Translations under genes and position numbers: made by a program
Assembly: GCA_002495645.1 (NCBI GenBank)
Contig: DAGF01000067.1
Span: forward strand, 1-52,136
DNA length: 52,136 bases
Source: Euryarchaeota archaeon UBA549
GTDB taxonomy: Archaea; Thermoplasmatota; Poseidoniia; Poseidoniales; Poseidoniaceae
Direction: 5' to 3'
Notes under the pieces: generated by a model
Seen by the model: only the letters and a program-made list of their open reading frames with translations
The model's database searches: none
Told to the model about the DNA's origin: nothing
In this document: piece after piece, positions 34,955 through 42,618 of the stretch
Position numbering within the stretch: the first letter of the stretch is position 1
Layout: each line of letters opens with the position of its first letter

Positions 34955-37756
34955 ATGGGAAGTTATCGTCAGCAACCGGGCGCGTCCTCATCAGAGGTCC
35001 GTAAAGACGGCAAGCGAGTCGCAGGAAAGCAAGTCTTCCCTCCACCCGGCTCGGGAGGAAGCGAGCCTCAAATGCGTCCAAGGGATTTGGACTTCATTCC
35101 AGAAACGGTGGGTGGCAAAGAGCCCAAACCAGCCGGCGACCACATTCACGACCGAGACCGAACCGGAACCGTGGTGGGCAAGCCCATTCCGCTGGTCGAT
35201 TCAAATGCTAAAGTGACCGGTCAGGCATGGTACGGCGACGATGTACGCCTGCCGGGCGAACTGATTGGCAAAATCCTTCGCTCACCTCATCACTATGCAC
35301 GAATCAAGTCCATCGACACGAGCCGTGTTGAAGCCCTCCCCGGTGTCATTGCGGTTTCCACCGGTCAAGATGCACCCAATCGGTTTGGTGTTCTTCCGGT
35401 GACCAAGGACGAGCACGCTATGGCGGTTGAGAAGGTTCGGCACGTGGGCGATTTGGTCGCTTGTGTCGCCGCCGTGGATGAGGCAACCGCCATTGAAGCG
35501 CTTTCCCTCTTTGACATTGAGTGGGAGGAATTGGAACCGGTGTTTGACCCCAAGAAGGGTCTTGAGGACCACGACGAACCCATTCACTGGCGCGGAAAGT
35601 ACCACCTCGCTCGAACCAACGTGCAAAAGCGTGTGTTCCAGGAATTCGGCGACCGTTCGCTGGTGAAAACACCGCATGCATCATCCCATGGCTCTTGGAC
35701 CATGATGGGCGTTCACCATGGGTTCACTGAACCGCATGCCGTGGTGGCCCATTGGGACCCGAACGGACGACTTCAGCTCTACACGCCTCAACAAGTGCCG
35801 CATTACACTCACCGTGCGCTCTCGACGGTGTTGGATGTCCCCATGCACCAAATCAACGTCATCCGCACCTTCGTGGGTGGGGGCTTTGGTGGAAAATCCG
35901 ACCCCTTCCCTCACGAGATGTGCGCTGCTCTGTTGGCTCGCAAAGCGGGCCGACCCGTCCGCATCACCTTTGACCGTGAGGAAGTCTACTGGATCAACCG
36001 CGGTCGCCATCCAAGCCACATTGATGTGAAGATGACGGCCGATGATTCGGGACGTATCTCAGGCTTTGATATCGATGCCCTCATCGACGGCGGTGGCTTC
36101 GCTTCGTTTGGCCACGTCACGTCGTACTACAACGGTGTACTCGCCACCGCACCCTACGAATTGGGCTCCTTCCACTACACGGGGGCGCGCGTTTGGACGA
36201 ACAAACCGGCTTCAGGTGCCATGCGAGGCCACGGGGCTGTCAACACTCGGTGTGCGGTTGAGGTCGGTCTTGACGAGATGGCTGAATCGATGAACGTCGA
36301 CCCTATTGATTTGCGCTTGGCCAACTTGCTCCCACCCCATAGCCGCACCATCAGCGGCTTCCGAATCACCTCAAACGGTATGCGAGAAGCCCTTGAACGG
36401 GTTCGTGAAGGCTCCCAGTGGGACAAGAAATTCCGTCAACTCCCTCTCGGGAAGGGCATCGGTATCGGCTGCGGTTTCTTCATTTCAGGCTCAGGCCTTC
36501 CCATTCATTGGGACCCGAAGAATTTCCCACACGCCACGGTCCACATCCAAGTTGACATGGACGGTGGTGTGACCGTTCACACCGGTGCGGCTGACATCGG
36601 TCAAGGGTCGACCACGGCCGTGGCTCAAGTGGTGGCAGAGGTGTTGGCCTTGCCCATCGAAATGGTTCACGTTCGCAGCCATGAGAGCGATACGAGCCCG
36701 GTTGACCTCGGTTCCTATTCAAGTCGTGTCACCTTCATGAACGCCAACGCCGCCATCCGTGCCGCCATTGGTATCCGCGACCAACTGCTCAAGGCCGCTT
36801 GGGACATGTTGGGCTATCACCCGAACGTGTTGGTCCTCAACGACCGGCGCATCTACTACAAACACGACCCTGCTATCGGTGTGTCGTACCTTGAAGCGCT
36901 CCACAAGGCCCAGGCCGATACCGGTGCGCTCATCGCCCGGGGCGCCTACCGCTCGCCCCCGATGGGCGGCGTGCACAAAGGTGCTGCAGCCGGCCTTGCG
37001 CCTGCTTATTCCTTCTCGGCTTACGTTGCAGAGGTTGATGTTGACGTTGAGACGGGACTGGTTTCATGCACCAATGTTTGGGCCGCCCACGATTGTGGAA
37101 AAGCGCTCAACCCGTTGGCGGTGAAGGGGCAGATCATCGGCTCTTGCCACATGGGTCTTGGCCAGGTGCTGACCGAGAAGATGGTCTACGGGCGAACAGG
37201 TCATCTGCAAAACGCGAACCTCTTGGAATACAAAATCCCCAGCGTCCATGAAATGCCTCATGTTGAAGCCATCATCGTGGAATCAAGTGACCCCGAAGGT
37301 CCGTTCGGTGCCAAGGAAGCCGGCGAAGGACCCCTTCTTCCGATTTTGCCCGCAGTGGTGAACGCCGTCTACGATGCCATCGGTGTCAGGCTTCGAAACC
37401 TACCGCTTACGCCCGACGTGGTCTACGCAGGCATTGAGAAGCATGTCAAACAAAACGGGCTTGAGGATGCTGAAGCCATTGAACCACCTCGGCTGAAGCA
37501 CGGGCCGCTTCAGAGCGTCCTTGTTGCTCGCAGCGATGAACACCGAGAGCGCGACCGTTTGCGACAACGAAGCGAAGACACCTCGGCCTACGTGAACGGC
37601 GTTTTGTTCGGCTTCGACCCTGACCGCCCCTTGGCAGAGCAGGTTGACGGATGGCGGGAGGCGGATGAACCCCTCCCCGAACAGTTGGCTGAACTCGGCT
37701 TCGCAGGTCGTGCATGGCTCAAAAAAGAACAGCGCCACATGGGAGGTGATGATTGA
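34955..37756 (+). CDS. molybdenum hydroxylase large subunit (xanthine dehydrogenase / aldehyde oxidase / CoxL family)
   Basis: ATG 34955 lies 6 nt after the small-subunit stop. Motifs include KVTGQAWYGDD, GGGFGGKS, GAMRGHG, GQGSTTA and FGAKEAGEGPLLP. It has an ~90-aa N-terminal and an ~100-aa C-terminal extension relative to the family core. Confidence 0.9.
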   Translation: MGSYRQQPGASSSEVRKDGKRVAGKQVFPPPGSGGSEPQMRPRDLDFIPETVGGKEPKPAGDHIHDRDRTGTVVGKPIPLVDSNAKVTGQAWYGDDVRLPGELIGKILRSPHHYARIKSIDTSRVEALPGVIAVSTGQDAPNRFGVLPVTKDEHAMAVEKVRHVGDLVACVAAVDEATAIEALSLFDIEWEELEPVFDPKKGLEDHDEPIHWRGKYHLARTNVQKRVFQEFGDRSLVKTPHASSHGSWTMMGVHHGFTEPHAVVAHWDPNGRLQLYTPQQVPHYTHRALSTVLDVPMHQINVIRTFVGGGFGGKSDPFPHEMCAALLARKAGRPVRITFDREEVYWINRGRHPSHIDVKMTADDSGRISGFDIDALIDGGGFASFGHVTSYYNGVLATAPYELGSFHYTGARVWTNKPASGAMRGHGAVNTRCAVEVGLDEMAESMNVDPIDLRLANLLPPHSRTISGFRITSNGMREALERVREGSQWDKKFRQLPLGKGIGIGCGFFISGSGLPIHWDPKNFPHATVHIQVDMDGGVTVHTGAADIGQGSTTAVAQVVAEVLALPIEMVHVRSHESDTSPVDLGSYSSRVTFMNANAAIRAAIGIRDQLLKAAWDMLGYHPNVLVLNDRRIYYKHDPAIGVSYLEALHKAQADTGALIARGAYRSPPMGGVHKGAAAGLAPAYSFSAYVAEVDVDVETGLVSCTNVWAAHDCGKALNPLAVKGQIIGSCHMGLGQVLTEKMVYGRTGHLQNANLLEYKIPSVHEMPHVEAIIVESSDPEGPFGAKEAGEGPLLPILPAVVNAVYDAIGVRLRNLPLTPDVVYAGIEKHVKQNGLEDAEAIEPPRLKHGPLQSVLVARSDEHRERDRLRQRSEDTSAYVNGVLFGFDPDRPLAEQVDGWREADEPLPEQLAELGFAGRAWLKKEQRHMGGDD

Positions 37757-38721
37757 TGCTGATGCCTCCGTTTGAACTCCATCACCCTTCCACGGTTGAC
37801 GAAGCTGTTGAACTCGCTGCGTCCCTCATGGCCAAGAATGAGGTCTTTGACTGGGTCGCTGGCGGAACGGACGTCCTTCCGAATTACAAGTGGCGCATCA
37901 ATCCAAAGCCGCACGTGATTTCACTTGCCGGTATTGAGGAGGCTCACGCCCTCTCTTCACGAGAACTCGGTTGCATGGTGCCCCTTTCCTCGCTGACCAC
38001 CGAGAATGACGTTCATCCCTTGCTGGTGCAGGCCGCCTCAAAAGTGGCCTCTTCCTTGATTCGCAAGAGCGCTACCGTGGGCGGTAACCTCTGCTTGGAC
38101 ACCCGGTGTTTCTGGTACAACCAAAGCGAAGATTGGCGCCGTTCCATCGATTGGTGTCACAAAGCCGACTGCGGAACCGGCGCAGATTGTCGGGTCATCC
38201 CCAATCAGAACACCCTTTGCGTAGCGACCTACCAAGGCGATTTGGCGCCCAATTTCATGGTGCTTGACGCCTCGGTGGTGCTCATCGGTCCAGAGGGTGA
38301 ACGCACCATGCCACTCGTTGATTTCTACGAATTGGACGGCATGAAGAAAAACGTGCTGAAGACGGGTGAATTCCTTCTCAAGGTCGTGCTACCAGAAGAG
38401 GCTGCTCAACGGAAAGGGTGCTATCAAAAACTCAGGGTTCGAGATTCGTGGGATTTCCCAGAGGCTGGTGTGGCCGCATCATGGGTGCCAGGCGACGGCT
38501 CGAGCCTGCTGGTGGCGAGCACTGCGCTCGAATCCATTCCCCGCTTGCACACCGAACAAGTCGAAGAGCACCTTGCAGCGGGCGACCTTGATCCACTCGC
38601 ACTGGCAAAAATCGTTCAAAAATCGGTGAAACCGGTCAACAACACAGCGCTCCCACCTCGTTACCGCCGAGCGATGGTGAAGACATTGACCAAACGAGCC
38701 CTCTTGGGTATTCTTGAGTGA
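37756..38721 (+). CDS. molybdenum hydroxylase FAD-binding medium subunit (CoxM/XdhB-like)
   Basis: The N-terminus FELHHPSTVDEAVELAA...WVAGGTDVLPNYK is typical of the FAD-binding subunit, and ATVGGNLC is also present. The ATG overlaps the large-subunit stop (TGATG). Confidence 0.8.
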   Translation: MLMPPFELHHPSTVDEAVELAASLMAKNEVFDWVAGGTDVLPNYKWRINPKPHVISLAGIEEAHALSSRELGCMVPLSSLTTENDVHPLLVQAASKVASSLIRKSATVGGNLCLDTRCFWYNQSEDWRRSIDWCHKADCGTGADCRVIPNQNTLCVATYQGDLAPNFMVLDASVVLIGPEGERTMPLVDFYELDGMKKNVLKTGEFLLKVVLPEEAAQRKGCYQKLRVRDSWDFPEAGVAASWVPGDGSSLLVASTALESIPRLHTEQVEEHLAAGDLDPLALAKIVQKSVKPVNNTALPPRYRRAMVKTLTKRALLGILE

Positions 38722-38730
38722 GGTGAAGAT

Positions 38731-39675
38731 GTGAGGGCAAAGGTTGCAGTTATGCTGAGCCTTCTGGTTCTCATAGGACTTCCTGCCGTTCAGGCTCAAG
38801 ACATGCAAGGCCCCTCGTGGGAGATGGGGTGGGTGACCGATGTTGACCCGAAATACGTCGTCGACCTCGAAGAGGATTGGGACTTGACGGGCGAGTTGGT
38901 CGTTTACGTCTCCAACGACGGCCCGGCCACATTGAATTTGGCCTTGTCTTATGATTTTGACGAGGACGGGCCGTTCTCATTTGACGGCCCCGACAATCTT
39001 GAAGTTGCAGGAAATACGAACGACACCTTCACCATCAGCATCACAGGTGTCGACGCCCAAACTGTGCGTGCGTTTTCACCCTCCTCAAGCCTTGAGTTGA
39101 CCGTGACGGGCGAGGAAAAAGTTGGTGACTCAACCCTGCGCTCTCAGGAGATATCGGCCGACATCACGGTGCCCCGGATGTTTCGGTTGATTCCAAACCT
39201 CATCGCACCGACCGACACCCTGTTTTCCGGTTCATGGGTTGACTTCACCTTGGAGGTCAGCAACCTCGGTAACACCCAGGACGCCATCACCATGGGCGAA
39301 GCCACCGTACGAAGTTGCCCTCACCTCAGCGTCACGGGCTTGGAGCAACTTGAGAACACGGTGGTCCAAGTCACCAATGCCAACGGCGATAACGCCGTGG
39401 CCTTCACGCTTCGTTTGGAGGCCAGCACCAGCCATCAAGAGCGGACCTGTGAGGTTTCCATTGCGGTGGAATCCGAAGGCGACGAGTCTCAGCGTTCGAG
39501 CACCATCAATGTGGATGTTGTGGCGCCGGAAGTCTCGGAAACGACCAACGAAGAAGAGGATGAGGAAGACCAACCGCTTGTTCCAGATTCCTCCTCCTTG
39601 CCCTGGGTCTCCATATTCGATGTTTTAACGGTCACACTGGTGGCACTTCTTCTCACTCGCTGGCGTCGTGTCTGA
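38731..39675 (+). CDS. secreted cell-surface protein with two CARDB/Ig-like segments, acidic linker and C-terminal TM anchor
   Basis: It has a signal peptide (MLSLLVLIGLPAVQAQ). LVVYVSNDGPATLNLALSY and VDFTLEVSNLGNTQDAITM resemble CARDB-type strands. The end is EEEDEEDQPLVPDSSSLPWVSIFDVLTVTLVALLLTRWRRV. Confidence 0.65.
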   Translation: MRAKVAVMLSLLVLIGLPAVQAQDMQGPSWEMGWVTDVDPKYVVDLEEDWDLTGELVVYVSNDGPATLNLALSYDFDEDGPFSFDGPDNLEVAGNTNDTFTISITGVDAQTVRAFSPSSSLELTVTGEEKVGDSTLRSQEISADITVPRMFRLIPNLIAPTDTLFSGSWVDFTLEVSNLGNTQDAITMGEATVRSCPHLSVTGLEQLENTVVQVTNANGDNAVAFTLRLEASTSHQERTCEVSIAVESEGDESQRSSTINVDVVAPEVSETTNEEEDEEDQPLVPDSSSLPWVSIFDVLTVTLVALLLTRWRRV

Positions 39676-39861
39676 ATTGAGGGAGAACTCAAAAACTGTA
39701 ATTTTTCGTCAATTAGCGCCTTTTTACGCAGTGTCATACGGTTGACTGCGTCTTAAAAATCAAGGGATGTCCCTGCCCATCGCTGAGCAACTATTATGTG
39801 TGGAATGTGTCTCCGAAGGTTGTAAATCTGTGCATTATGTCACAGGAATCGTGGTGATACA
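39676..39861 (+). promoter_or_regulatory. AT-rich intergenic region (longest in the window): probable terminator of the upstream unit and promoter of the MoxR module
   Basis: It has T5 runs at 39702-39706 and 39721-39725. A 7-bp hairpin ACGCAGT-N12-ACTGCGT spans 39726-39751. TATA-like TTAAAAAT is at 39753-39760 and GTAAAT lies near 39822. Confidence 0.4.
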
Positions 39862-41439
39862 ATGGCTGAAGCCGAAAAAAGCAGTCTGAGCCTTGAAGCA
39901 TGGCTCATGATTGGCTTGCTGGTTTCGGTCGTTCTTTCCACGGCCGTCATTGCCATCGTTTCAGCCGGCAAGACCACCGTTTTCTCACCCTATGAGAACG
40001 GTTCAGAATACGAGGAACAGCAGTTGACCTTCATGCGGGACAGCTTGGAGGATTTCACTGTGGCCAACACGATGTCCACGCCCATGCTTGTCAACGATTG
40101 GCAAAACCCACACCGCACCCTGTTGGTCATCGCTGCCCCCGAGAAACCCTTTGATGCAGCCGAAGCCGCTGCCATCCACGACTTCGTCACCGAACGTGCA
40201 GGAAAGGTCATCTTGGCATCAAACTCAACCAACGCCCAACTCGTCGCAGAGGAGTTCGGCGTGAAATACTTTGACGCTCCCGTACGTGATGATATCGCCA
40301 CCGGACGATATTACGAGGTCACCAACGACAACGGCGACCGAATCACCCCCGACACCAAGAAACTCTGGTCGGTCGCCAGCGTCACCCGTGATGTGAGCAC
40401 CATGGGCGATGAAAAGGCCGTTCCGTGCTCGGAAGACGACGTGAAGCAGGAGAACGTCCAGAACTGCAGAATGCCGGTGCTTTTCCACCGACCAACCGCC
40501 ATTCAGGTGTTGGATGAGCAAGCCGATGAAGGCCGAAACGTCCACGTCCTCGCCTCCGCCTCCACCTCCGCTGAAATCGACGCTGGTAAGGGCGAATCCA
40601 ATCCAACCCTTGGTGAGGGTGAAACCGGCTTGATCATTCGAATTGATTACCCCGACCAAACCGTGCTCGACCAGCGCTCGCTCAGTTTGGGAGGCGACAT
40701 CGGTGAAATCAGCGCCACCGGCAGCATCGTGTTCGTTTCGGACCACTCGGTCTTGGCCAACCATCTTTGGGACCAGGACTACGCCGAGGAGACCGGGAAG
40801 CAGCAATGCGACTCTCAACTTTACATTCAGTTTGGCCACATGTGTTGGGACACCGATTCAGAAGGCTTGAATCAAGGTCTTGGCGACACCACTTGGCGTG
40901 GCAACGAGGCTTTCTTCACCGCCTTGATCAACGACATGATGGAGTTTGACAACGACGAACTCTCGGCCACCATCGCCCGTACAACTGATAACTTCAACAT
41001 CGTATTTGACGAAAGCCGACACGTCTCGAGCTCCCTCTCCATGCCCTTCACAGAAGCCATGGGCGCCATCGTTCTCTTGACCAGCGACGGTGTGCTCAAG
41101 TGGCTCATCATCCTCAACCTCTTTGCGCTCTTGGCCATCGCCATCATGGTGGTGCCAGAGAAAGAAAACTGGCGTCACGTCTTTGACTTGACCCGATTCA
41201 GGGAGCGTCCGACAAAATTGGACCCCTCCCAATACCAACGGCGGACCCGTGAGGCCTTCCTCACCAAGGTTCGCAACTTCAACGACCTGACGCGTGAAGA
41301 GTTTGCGCGCAAGTCCCCTGCGGAAGTCATGCAGATGATCCGCGAACCCCGATTGGTCGAACTGGTGAGTTCGAACCGTGTCTACTCCAACGATGAACTG
41401 AGGGAATTGATCCCGCAAATCCGTCGTTGGGGAAATTGA
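39862..41439 (+). CDS. bitopic membrane protein, DUF4350-like, first gene of the MoxR module
   Basis: An N-terminal TM is followed by a large extracytoplasmic domain with RTLLVIAAPEKPFDAAEAAAIHDFVTERAGKVIL and IVFDESRHVSSS. From memory, this pattern belongs to DUF4350 proteins encoded next to MoxR/DUF58. A second TM and a basic cytoplasmic tail follow. Confidence 0.65.
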   Translation: MAEAEKSSLSLEAWLMIGLLVSVVLSTAVIAIVSAGKTTVFSPYENGSEYEEQQLTFMRDSLEDFTVANTMSTPMLVNDWQNPHRTLLVIAAPEKPFDAAEAAAIHDFVTERAGKVILASNSTNAQLVAEEFGVKYFDAPVRDDIATGRYYEVTNDNGDRITPDTKKLWSVASVTRDVSTMGDEKAVPCSEDDVKQENVQNCRMPVLFHRPTAIQVLDEQADEGRNVHVLASASTSAEIDAGKGESNPTLGEGETGLIIRIDYPDQTVLDQRSLSLGGDIGEISATGSIVFVSDHSVLANHLWDQDYAEETGKQQCDSQLYIQFGHMCWDTDSEGLNQGLGDTTWRGNEAFFTALINDMMEFDNDELSATIARTTDNFNIVFDESRHVSSSLSMPFTEAMGAIVLLTSDGVLKWLIILNLFALLAIAIMVVPEKENWRHVFDLTRFRERPTKLDPSQYQRRTREAFLTKVRNFNDLTREEFARKSPAEVMQMIREPRLVELVSSNRVYSNDELRELIPQIRRWGN

Positions 41440-41443
41440 AACA

Positions 41444-41450
41444 AGGAGGA
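41444..41450 (+). promoter_or_regulatory. Shine-Dalgarno-like AGGAGGA upstream of moxR
   Basis: The sequence acaAGGAGGAtaagaaATG has 6-7 nt spacing. Similar GGAGG/GAGGTG runs precede the genes at 7700, 30573, 42619 and 43942. Confidence 0.6.
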
Positions 41451-41456
41451 TAAGAA

Positions 41457-42584
41457 ATGCAACCCCCAGCCCCCCCAGCAGCCCCGCCCGCGCCTGTTCC
41501 TGCAGCGCCAGCAGCACCGGTGGCCCCTGCCGCACCCGCCGCACCCGTGGCACCCGCAGCACCCGCCGCACCTGTTGCACCTGCAGCACCGGCCGCTCCG
41601 GCCCAGCCGAAGCACCAGAGTACCCCTGAAGTCCGAGAGCGCCTCAAGGCCGTCGGTGCGATTGCCCAGGCAATCTCCGCCGAAGTCCAGAAGGTCATTA
41701 TCGGTAAGTCACACGTCATTGACAACGTGCTGATCAACATCCTGTCCAACGGGAACCTTCTCTTCGAAGATTACCCCGGTTTGGCAAAGACGTTGATGAC
41801 CAACACGTTCGCCGATGCATTGGGTTGTGACTTCAAGCGTGTTCAATTCACGCCTGACTTGCTCCCCGCTGACATCACCGGTACCAACATCTACGACGCC
41901 AAGAAGGGCGAATTTACCTTCAAGCCCGGTCCATTGTTCTGTAATCTCCTCCTCGCTGACGAGATTAACCGTGCACCTCCCAAGACCCAAGCTGCACTGC
42001 TTGAGGCCATGCAGGAGAAGCAGGTGACCATCGGTACGGTGACCCACAAGTTGCCCGCTCCGTTCATTGTTATGGCCACCCAAAACCCGGTTGAACAGGA
42101 AGGTACCTACCCACTTCCCGAAGCACAACTTGACCGTTTCATGTTCAAGATGTCCGTCGGTTACCCTGACCGTGCAGACGAGGACGAAATCCTCGCCCGC
42201 CGTATCAGCCGTGGAAAGGACGCCGTCGATGTCGACGTTATCACCGACCCTGCTCGTGTCATCGCTATGCAGCAAGCCTGTGAAGACGTCTACGTTGACC
42301 CAGCCCTGCGCATGTACATGGTCGAAATCGTGTCCCGCACCCGTGAGGACCCTCGAGTTCTCGTCGGCGCTTCGCCTCGTGGTTCCCAGGCTTTGCTGAA
42401 GACCTCCCGAGCAGCCGCTGCTCTGCGTGGTCGCGACTTTGTCACCCCTGACGATGTCAAGGCCATCGCCGAACTCGCCATCGCTCACCGTATCATCTTG
42501 AAGCCAGAGCACCAAATCAAGGGTCTCGAATCAGGAGAGGTCATCCAGTCCATCCTGCGCGAAGTCCCTGTGCCAACGGTTTGA
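41457..42584 (+). CDS. moxR: MoxR-family AAA+ ATPase with Pro/Ala-repeat N-terminal extension
   Basis: Walker A region is LFEDYPGLAKT and Walker B/sensor region is LLLADEINRAPPKTQAALLEAMQEKQVT. VMATQNP and SPRGSQALL are also present. A strong AGGAGG lies 7 nt upstream of ATG 41457, and there is no internal ATG before the AAA core. Confidence 0.9.
   Translation: MQPPAPPAAPPAPVPAAPAAPVAPAAPAAPVAPAAPAAPVAPAAPAAPAQPKHQSTPEVRERLKAVGAIAQAISAEVQKVIIGKSHVIDNVLINILSNGNLLFEDYPGLAKTLMTNTFADALGCDFKRVQFTPDLLPADITGTNIYDAKKGEFTFKPGPLFCNLLLADEINRAPPKTQAALLEAMQEKQVTIGTVTHKLPAPFIVMATQNPVEQEGTYPLPEAQLDRFMFKMSVGYPDRADEDEILARRISRGKDAVDVDVITDPARVIAMQQACEDVYVDPALRMYMVEIVSRTREDPRVLVGASPRGSQALLKTSRAAAALRGRDFVTPDDVKAIAELAIAHRIILKPEHQIKGLESGEVIQSILREVPVPTV
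41502..41609 (+). repeat. 27-nt tandem repeat (about 4 units) encoding AAPAAPVAP within the moxR 5' region
   Basis: The units, read directly, are gcagcgccagcagcaccggtggcccct / gccgcacccgccgcacccgtggcaccc / gcagcacccgccgcacctgttgcacct / gcagcaccggccgctccggcccagccg. Confidence 0.85.
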
Positions 42585-42618
42585 AGCTGAAACGCAAACA
42601 CACTGAGGTGAATCAAAC

